From: Micrococcus luteus NCTC 2665
GTDB lineage: Bacteria > Actinomycetota > Actinomycetes > Actinomycetales > Micrococcaceae
Direction: 5' to 3'
Assembly: GCF_000023205.1 (NCBI RefSeq)
Contig: NC_012803.1
Location: 510,001-542,000 of the forward strand
DNA length: 32,000 nucleotides
Numbering within the stretch: position 1 is the stretch's first letter; every line of letters begins with the position of its first letter. Shown one piece after another: positions 25,831 to 32,000 of this stretch. Below the pieces are notes generated by a model. It was not told the origin of the DNA. It ran no database searches and saw only the letters and a program-made list of their open reading frames with translations. The position numbers were made by a program, and so were the translations under genes.

Positions 25831-26988
25831 ATGGGCATCGCCACCCCGTCGGCCGCGCGCCGCCGTCGTCTCCTGCTCCCCGCCGCCGCGCTCGCCGTCT
25901 CCGGCCTGCTGCTGACCGCGTGCGGCGCCCCGCCGGAGCAGTCCGAGGCCTCGGGCTCCGGCGCCGCCGAGAGCGAGGCCATCGCCACCGTCGACGGCGT
26001 CGGCTCGGACAACAAGGACTACAAGGCCTGCATCGTCTCGGACGAGGGCGGCTTCGACGACCGCTCCTTCAACCAGTCCTCCTACGAGGGCCTCAAGGCC
26101 GCAGAGAAGGCCTACGGCATCACCACCAGCGAGGCCGAGTCGAACGAGCCCAGCGAGTTCACCCCGAACGTGACCGCCATGGTCAACGCCGACTGCGACG
26201 CCGTCATCGGCGTGGGCTTCCTCCTCGGCGACGCCATGAAGCCGATCGCCGCGCAGCACTCGGACACCCACTTCTTCGGCGTGGACGTCACCGCGGAGGG
26301 CTTCTCCGACAGCTTCCAGAAGCTCACCTACGACACGGCGCAGGCGGCGTTCCTGGCCGGCTACCTGGCGGCGGGCACCACCGAGACCGGCACCGTGGCC
26401 ACCTACGGCGGCATGGAGATCCCCACCGTCACCATCTTCATGGACGGCTTCGCCCGCGGCGTGGAGCACTACAACGAGGTCAAGGACAAGGACGTCAAGG
26501 TCCTGGGCTGGGACAAGGACGCGAAGACCGGCTCCTTCACGGGCGACTTCAAGAACGTGGCCAACGGCAAGACGAACACCGCCAACTTCATCAACGAGGG
26601 CGCCGACATCGTGATGCCGGTGGCCGGCCCCGTGGGCCTGGGCACCCTGGACGCCGTCCGCGAGGCGAACCAGGGCGGCAAGGACGTCAAGGTCATCTGG
26701 CCGGACTCGGACGGCTACGAGTCCACCAAGGACGGCAACCTGATCCTCACCTCGGTGAAGAAGAACATGGGCCAGTCCGTCGCCGACGTGATCGCCGCGG
26801 ACCTGAAGGACGAGTTCTCGGCCGAGCCCTACGTGGGCACGTTGGAGAACAAGGGCGTCGAGCTGGCCCCGTTCCACGACTTCGAGGACACGGTGCCGCA
26901 GGAGCTCAAGGACGAGCTCAAGGACCTCGAGGCGAAGATCGTCTCGGGCGAGCTGAAGGTCGGCTCGGAGTACTCCCCGGAGGCCTGA
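25831..26988 (+). CDS. BMP-family lipoprotein, substrate-binding component of a nucleoside ABC importer (PnrA/BmpA-like)
   Basis: The signal peptide [31 protein letters not shown] carries the lipobox LTAC and an RRRR stretch (possible Tat signal). The mature part reads YKACIVSDEGGFDDRSFNQSSYEGLKAAEK...GVGFLLGD...VTIFMDGFARGVEHYN...PVAGPVG. The track ORF start at 25258 is a frame running out of the IS. Confidence 0.88.
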   Translation: MGIATPSAARRRRLLLPAAALAVSGLLLTACGAPPEQSEASGSGAAESEAIATVDGVGSDNKDYKACIVSDEGGFDDRSFNQSSYEGLKAAEKAYGITTSEAESNEPSEFTPNVTAMVNADCDAVIGVGFLLGDAMKPIAAQHSDTHFFGVDVTAEGFSDSFQKLTYDTAQAAFLAGYLAAGTTETGTVATYGGMEIPTVTIFMDGFARGVEHYNEVKDKDVKVLGWDKDAKTGSFTGDFKNVANGKTNTANFINEGADIVMPVAGPVGLGTLDAVREANQGGKDVKVIWPDSDGYESTKDGNLILTSVKKNMGQSVADVIAADLKDEFSAEPYVGTLENKGVELAPFHDFEDTVPQELKDELKDLEAKIVSGELKVGSEYSPEA

Positions 26989-27002
26989 CCCGCCTCGCCA
27001 TC

Positions 27003-27044
27003 GCCGCGGGGCCGGCCCGGACCCCTCCGGACCGGCCCCGCGGC
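27003..27044 (+). other. Intercistronic stem-loop between the binding-protein gene and the ATPase gene
   Basis: GCCGCGGGGCCGG pairs with CCGGCCCCGCGGC (13 bp), plus an inner CCGGA/TCCGG stem and a CCCC loop, giving 18 bp with one mismatch. Confidence 0.5.
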
Positions 27045-27114
27045 GCGCGGGCGCCCGGCCCGCCCCCGCCGCCGAGCGCGGCACCACGAGCATCGACCAG
27101 ACGGAAGGCCCTCG

Positions 27115-28713
27115 ATGAGGCTCGAACTGCGCGGGATCACCAAGCGCTTCGGCTCGTTCGCCGCGAACGAGGACGTGAACCTGACCGTGGAGTCGGGGCG
27201 GGTGCACACCCTCCTCGGTGAGAACGGCGCCGGCAAGTCCACCCTGATGAACGTCCTCTTCGGGCTCTACGAGCCCACCGAGGGGGAGATCCTGCTCGAC
27301 GGCGAGCCCGTCCGGTTCTCCGGCCCCGGTGAGGCCATGCGCGCGGGCATCGGCATGGTGCACCAGCACTTCATGCTCGTGCCCGTCTTCACGGTGGCCG
27401 AGAACGTGGCCCTCGGCGACGAGCACACCCGCGCCCTGGGCGTGCTCGACCTCGAGGCCACCCGCCGGCGGATCCGGGAGATCTCCGCCCAGTACGGCTT
27501 CGACGTGGACCCGGACGCCGTCGTCGAGGACCTGCCCGTGGGCGTGCAGCAGCGCGTCGAGATCATCAAGGCCCTCGTCCGCGACGCACGCATCCTCATC
27601 CTGGACGAGCCGACCGCCGTGCTCACCCCCCAGGAGACCGACGAGCTGCTCGGCATCATCCGCCAGCTGCGCGCGGACGGCACGGCGATCGTGTTCATCT
27701 CCCACAAGCTGCGCGAGGTCAAGGCCGTCTCGGACGACATCACCGTGCTGCGCCGCGGCCGCGTGGTCGGCACGGCGGACCCCTCCGCCGAGGCCGCCGA
27801 GCTGGCCGCCCTCATGGTGGGCCGGAACGTCGTCCTCGAGCGGCGCAAGACGGCCCCGACCCTGGGGGAGGAGACGTTCCGCGTCGAGGGCCTCTCCGTC
27901 GTCTCGCCCACGGGCCAGGTGCTGCTGGACGCCGTGTCCTTCGCCGTCCGCCAGGGCGAGGTCCTCGCCGTGGCCGGTGTGCAGGGCAACGGGCAGACGG
28001 AGCTGACCGAGGCGATCATGGGCCTGGTCAAGGCCACCGGCTCCGTCACCCTGGACGGCCGGGAGCTGATCGGCCGGTCCACCCGCCAGATCATCCGCGC
28101 CGGCGTCGGCTTCGTGCCCGAGGACCGCTCCACGGACGGGCTCGTCGGCCCGTTCTCCGTGGCGGAGAACATGGTGCTCAACCGGTTCGACGTCGCCCCG
28201 GCAGGCAACGCCGTGCAGATGCGCCCCGCCGCGGTGCGGGCGCACGCCGAGCGCCGCGTGGCCGAGTTCGACGTCCGCACCCAGGGCGTGGACCTGCCGG
28301 TCTCCTCCCTCTCGGGAGGCAACCAGCAGAAGGTCGTCATGGCCCGCGAGCTCGTGGACGGGCTGCGCCTGTTCATCGCCTCGCAGCCCACGCGCGGCGT
28401 GGACGTCGGCTCGATCGAGTTCCTGCACGACCGGATCATCGCCGAGCGCGACGCCGGCACCCCCGTGCTGATCGTCTCCACCGAGCTGGACGAGGTCCTC
28501 GAGCTGGCCGACCGGATCGCCGTGATGTACCACGGGCGGATCGTCGGCATCGTGCCGGGGGACACCTCGCGCGAGACGCTCGGCCTCATGATGGCCGGCC
28601 AGACCCCCGACGACGCGGCCCTCGCCTCCGGCGCGGACGTCGCCGCGGGCACGCCCGGCACCGCCGGCGCGGCGCCCGCCGCCCACCCCACCACGGAAGG
28701 AGAGCGCCCGTGA
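27115..28713 (+). CDS. ABC transporter ATP-binding protein with duplicated ATPase domains (sugar/nucleoside importer type)
   Basis: Domain 1 has LLGENGAGKST and ILILDEPTAVL. Domain 2 has VAGVQGNGQTEL, LSGGNQQKVVMAREL and FIASQPTRGVD. The C-terminal ~35 aa form an Ala/Pro/Gly-rich tail. Confidence 0.9.
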   Translation: MRLELRGITKRFGSFAANEDVNLTVESGRVHTLLGENGAGKSTLMNVLFGLYEPTEGEILLDGEPVRFSGPGEAMRAGIGMVHQHFMLVPVFTVAENVALGDEHTRALGVLDLEATRRRIREISAQYGFDVDPDAVVEDLPVGVQQRVEIIKALVRDARILILDEPTAVLTPQETDELLGIIRQLRADGTAIVFISHKLREVKAVSDDITVLRRGRVVGTADPSAEAAELAALMVGRNVVLERRKTAPTLGEETFRVEGLSVVSPTGQVLLDAVSFAVRQGEVLAVAGVQGNGQTELTEAIMGLVKATGSVTLDGRELIGRSTRQIIRAGVGFVPEDRSTDGLVGPFSVAENMVLNRFDVAPAGNAVQMRPAAVRAHAERRVAEFDVRTQGVDLPVSSLSGGNQQKVVMARELVDGLRLFIASQPTRGVDVGSIEFLHDRIIAERDAGTPVLIVSTELDEVLELADRIAVMYHGRIVGIVPGDTSRETLGLMMAGQTPDDAALASGADVAAGTPGTAGAAPAAHPTTEGERP

Positions 28714-30125
28714 GCACCGCCGCCCCGCAGCGCCCGGCCCCCGCGTCCGACATAGCCGTCCGGCCCGCCCCCGCCGACTCCGCCCTGCGCCGGATCCTCT
28801 CGGGCAACGGCACGGTCACCGCCCTGGCGATCCTGCTGTCCCTGCTGGTCTCCGGCCTGCTGATCATCGCCGTGGACGAGGACGTCCGCGACGCCGCCCG
28901 CTACTTCTTCGCCCGCCCGGGCGACCTGCTGTCCGCCGCCTGGGCCGCGTTCGCCGGAGCCTTCGCGGCCCTGTTCCGCGGCGCCGTCTTCAACTACCGG
29001 GCCTCGGACGCGACGGGCATGCTCTACCCGCTCACCGAGACCCTCACCGTGGCGACCCCGCTGATCATCATCTCGCTGGGCATCGCCATCGCCTTCCGGG
29101 CGGGCCTGTTCAACATCGGCGGCCAGGGCCAGTTCATCTTCGGCGCCATGTTCGCCACGTGGTTCGGCGTGCACCTGCACCTGCCGCCCGGCGTGCACCT
29201 GCTGCTCGTCGTCGTGATGGGCGTGCTCGGCGGCGTGCTGTGGGGCTCCGTCGTCGGCGTGCTCAAGGCCTGGACGGGCGCGCACGAGGTGATCCTCACG
29301 ATCATGCTCAACTACGTGGCGGTGAACCTGCTCGCCTACCTGCTGAACACCCCCGTCCTGCGGGCGCCCGGCACCACGAACCCGGTGTCCGCGCCGCTGG
29401 ACCGCTCCGCCATGTTCCCGCGGCTGCTCGGGACCGACTTCCGGCTGCACTGGGGCTTCTTCGTCGCGCTGCTGGCCGTGCTCTTCACGTGGTGGCTGAT
29501 GCAGCGCTCCACCCTCGGCTTCCGCCTGCGGGCCGTGGGTGCCAACCCCGACGCCGCCCGCACCGCCGGCATCTCCGTGAAGGGCTCCTACGTGGCCGCC
29601 ATGGCGATCTCCGGCGGCCTCGCCGGCCTGGCCGGCGCCACCCACGTGGCCGGCACGGAGAGCACGCTGAACACCTCCGTGGCCGGGTCCTTCGGCTTCG
29701 ACGCGATCACGGTGGCCCTGCTCGGCCGGTCCCACCCGGTGGGCGTGCTGTTCGCGGGCCTGCTCTTCGGCGCCCTGCGCGCCGGCGGCGTGACCATGCA
29801 GACCGAGACCGGGGTGCCGGTCGACATCGTCCTCGTGGTGCAGTCCGTGATCGTGCTGCTCATCGCGGCCCCGCCGCTGGTCCGCGCCATCTTCCGACTG
29901 CCCGCCCCGGGCGCCGCCCGCGCCCGCCGCGCCGCCGACCCCGTGACCCAGCCCGCCGTGGCCGGTGCCGCGCTGACCGGCGCCGCCGGCCACGCCGCCG
30001 CCCCGTCCACGGGCGTCCAGGAGGCCGCGGCCGCCGCCGTCGCGGACCCGCAGGCTCCGACCACCGCGCCCACGGACATGGCCCCGACCCACCGCCCGCA
30101 CGAGCAGAAGGGGGACGCCCGATGA
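28710..30125 (+). CDS. ABC transporter permease (nucleoside/sugar importer, first permease)
   Basis: GTGA overlap with the ATPase stop. It has multiple TM spans, FNIGGQGQFIFGAMFATW, and LGFRLRAVGANPDAARTAGISV (permease conserved loop). The final ~75 aa are a low-complexity Ala/Pro tail. Confidence 0.85.
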   Translation: MSTAAPQRPAPASDIAVRPAPADSALRRILSGNGTVTALAILLSLLVSGLLIIAVDEDVRDAARYFFARPGDLLSAAWAAFAGAFAALFRGAVFNYRASDATGMLYPLTETLTVATPLIIISLGIAIAFRAGLFNIGGQGQFIFGAMFATWFGVHLHLPPGVHLLLVVVMGVLGGVLWGSVVGVLKAWTGAHEVILTIMLNYVAVNLLAYLLNTPVLRAPGTTNPVSAPLDRSAMFPRLLGTDFRLHWGFFVALLAVLFTWWLMQRSTLGFRLRAVGANPDAARTAGISVKGSYVAAMAISGGLAGLAGATHVAGTESTLNTSVAGSFGFDAITVALLGRSHPVGVLFAGLLFGALRAGGVTMQTETGVPVDIVLVVQSVIVLLIAAPPLVRAIFRLPAPGAARARRAADPVTQPAVAGAALTGAAGHAAAPSTGVQEAAAAAVADPQAPTTAPTDMAPTHRPHEQKGDAR

Positions 30126-31429
30126 GCGCGACCGCCGCCCGGCCCCACGCCGACGTCGCCCGCCCCGAGGCCGCCGAGCCTGCCCGGGTCGTGGTCCGGC
30201 ACTGGACCACCCCGATCGCCCTGACGATCCTGACCCTGCTGGCCCTGGCCGTCTTCGCCCTCGGCGCCCCCGAGGCGACGGCGACCTTCCGACTCTCCAA
30301 CGCGTCCGACGCCGTCGTGCTCCCGGACCTGACCGCCGACCCCGTGCTGTGGGGCTGGCTGCTCGTCGGGCTCATGGCGGTGCTCACCGTGGTGGCCTGG
30401 CTGGCGACCCTGCGCTCGGGTCGCACCCCCGGCTGGGCCGCGGCCCTGTTCGCCGTCGCGTTCGTGGCCGCGTTCCTCATCTGGGTGATCGGCTCGGCGG
30501 ACAACACCACCGTGTTCCTCACCGGCCTGATCGCCGGCTCGTTCGCGCTGGCCGTCCCGCTGATCTTCGGCTCGATGGCCGGCATCCTGGCCGAGCGTTC
30601 GGGCGTGGTGAACATCGCGATCGAGGGTCAGCTGCTGGCGGGCGCGTTCACGGCCGCCGTCGTCGGCACCGCCACCGGCTCGCCCTGGGCGGGCCTGGCC
30701 GCCGCGATCGTGGCCGGCGTCCTCGTGTCCTGGCTGCTCGCCGTGTTCTCGATCAAGTACCTGGTCAACCAGGTGATCGTCGGCGTCGTGCTCAACGTGC
30801 TCGTGGCCGGCCTGACGAGCTTCCTGTACTCCACCGTCCTCACGGGCGGGGACACCGAGCTCAACGCGCCGCCGCACTTCCCGAACCTGCGGATCCCGGG
30901 CCTGGCGGACATCCCCGTGCTCGGGCCCATCCTGTTCAACCAGACGATCCTGGGCTACGCGATGTACCTGCTCGTGATCGCGCTGTGGTTCGCCCTGTTC
31001 CGCACCCGCTGGGGCCTGCGCGTGCGCGCCGTGGGCGAGCACCCCAAGGCCGCGGACACCGTGGGCATCGACGTGAACCGCACGCGGTACGCCGCCGTCC
31101 TGCTGGGCGGCGCGGTGGCCGGCATGGGCGGGGCGTTCTTCACGCTCGTCTCCGCGTCGTCCTTCACCAAGGAGATGACGGCGGGCCAGGGCTTCATCGC
31201 GCTCGCGGCCGTGATCTTCGGCCGCTGGAACCCGATCGGCGCGTTCTTCGCGGCGCTGCTGTTCGGCTTCGCCACCAACATGCAGTACGTCCTGGCGATC
31301 CTCGGCACCCCGGTGCCGAGCCAGTTCATGGCGATGCTCCCGTACCTCGTCACGGTGTTCGCCGTGGCCGGCCTCGTGGGCCGCTCGCGCGGCCCGGCCG
31401 CCTCGGGCGTGCCGTACGTGAAGGAGTAG
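30122..31429 (+). CDS. ABC transporter permease (second permease)
   Basis: ATGA overlap with the preceding gene. Motifs include ILAERSGVVNIAIEGQLLAGAF and WGLRVRAVGEHPKAADTVGIDV. The track ORF start at 29159 is a shadow-frame extension. Confidence 0.87.
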   Translation: MSATAARPHADVARPEAAEPARVVVRHWTTPIALTILTLLALAVFALGAPEATATFRLSNASDAVVLPDLTADPVLWGWLLVGLMAVLTVVAWLATLRSGRTPGWAAALFAVAFVAAFLIWVIGSADNTTVFLTGLIAGSFALAVPLIFGSMAGILAERSGVVNIAIEGQLLAGAFTAAVVGTATGSPWAGLAAAIVAGVLVSWLLAVFSIKYLVNQVIVGVVLNVLVAGLTSFLYSTVLTGGDTELNAPPHFPNLRIPGLADIPVLGPILFNQTILGYAMYLLVIALWFALFRTRWGLRVRAVGEHPKAADTVGIDVNRTRYAAVLLGGAVAGMGGAFFTLVSASSFTKEMTAGQGFIALAAVIFGRWNPIGAFFAALLFGFATNMQYVLAILGTPVPSQFMAMLPYLVTVFAVAGLVGRSRGPAASGVPYVKE

Positions 31430-31431
31430 CC

Positions 31432-31863
31432 GTGGCGGACGGGCAGCACACGACGACGGCGCCGCGCGTGGACTGGGACCGGCTGCGGGCCGCGGCCCTG
31501 GCCGCCACGGAGCACGCCTACGTGCCCTACTCGGGGTTCCGGGTGGGCGCCGCCGCGCTCACCGACGACGGCCGCCTCGTCTCGGGCTGCAACATCGAGA
31601 ACGCGTCCTACGGGCTGACCCTGTGCGCCGAGTGCGCGCTGCTGGCCGACCTGCGCATGGGCGGGGGCGGCCGACTGGCCGCGTTCGTCTGCGTGGACGG
31701 CGAGGGCGTGCTCACCATGCCCTGCGGGCGGTGCCGCCAGCTGCTGTACGAGTTCCGCGCCCCCGGGCTCGTGCTGCTCACCCCGGCGGGGGAGCGGGGG
31801 ATCGACGCGGTGCTGCCGGACGCCTTCGGCCCGGCCGACCTGGAGCGGGCGGACCGTCCCTGA
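31432..31863 (+). CDS. cdd: Cytidine deaminase
   Basis: AYVPYSGFRVGAA...GCNIENASYGLTLCAECA...PCGRCRQLLYEF (zinc ligand motifs CAE and PCxxC). GTG 31432 follows the AAGGAG at 31421-31426. Confidence 0.9.
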   Translation: MADGQHTTTAPRVDWDRLRAAALAATEHAYVPYSGFRVGAAALTDDGRLVSGCNIENASYGLTLCAECALLADLRMGGGGRLAAFVCVDGEGVLTMPCGRCRQLLYEFRAPGLVLLTPAGERGIDAVLPDAFGPADLERADRP

Positions 31864-31937
31864 CCTGCGGCGCGCTCCCGGGCCCGCTCGCTAGAGTCGG
31901 AGGCTGACCGTCGCAGCCGTCCCCCGAGGAGACCCCC

Positions 31938-32000
31938 ATGACCGCGCAGCCGCAGGCCGAGCCCTTCGACGCCGTCGAGGTGATCCGCGCCAAGCGGGAC
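31938..32000 (+). CDS. deoA: Thymidine / pyrimidine-nucleoside phosphorylase, first 21 codons only (runs off window)
   Basis: MTAQPQAEPFDAVEVIRAKRD matches the conserved FDAxxVIRxKRDG N-terminus of actinobacterial DeoA. GAGGAG SD at 31926-31931. Its position after cdd fits a salvage operon. Not in the ORF track because it has no stop. Confidence 0.65.
   Translation, partial: MTAQPQAEPFDAVEVIRAKRD

Noticed and set aside
29159-30121. Track ORF 29159..31429 (756 aa) as a single long permease
   Set aside because: Its first ~320 codons are an out-of-frame shadow of the first permease gene. The hydrophobic permease sequence begins after ATG 30122, which overlaps the upstream stop (ATGA).

Overview
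This is a very high-G+C actinobacterial chromosome segment. The catalase N-terminus matches my memory of the Micrococcus luteus enzyme, so Micrococcaceae is a reasonable guess that I cannot verify here. Gene content is mostly core metabolism. Gene order: katA (partial, minus) | ISL3-family IS copy A | glyA-folD | oleate hydratase | NodI/DrrA-type ABC ATPase plus a single-ORF double ABC-2 permease | convergent DHA2 MFS exporter | small membrane protein-xthA-trpS | MacB-type ABC pair followed by three tandem paralogous membrane proteins | sdhCDAB (minus) | GDP-mannose pyrophosphorylase | M20 amidohydrolase | ISL3 copy B | BMP-lipoprotein nucleoside ABC transporter-cdd-deoA (partial). I saw no rRNA, tRNA or CRISPR. 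Two edge-truncated genes (katA, deoA) are missing from the ORF track. Several track ORFs are antisense shadow frames or chimeras with IS sequence. I do not see a convincing self-contained new system: there is no defence-like or toxin-like block and no unexplained multi-gene island. The best leads are: (1) two apparently identical, inverted 1397-bp IS copies, each with its own intact 8-bp target duplication. One sits 15 nt upstream of the nucleoside-uptake operon and the other splits the katA/glyA divergent promoter region. Both have the transposase reading into the neighbouring gene. (2) A five-gene unit of MacB-type ABC plus a triplicated uncharacterised membrane-protein family. (3) A fused tandem ABC-2 permease joined by an Arg/Ala/Pro linker. 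(4) A structured glyA-folD leader worth testing as a ZTP-type riboswitch. (5) A 28-bp perfect palindrome and a pair of palindromic operator-like sites. All functional readings beyond motif-level homology are inference.
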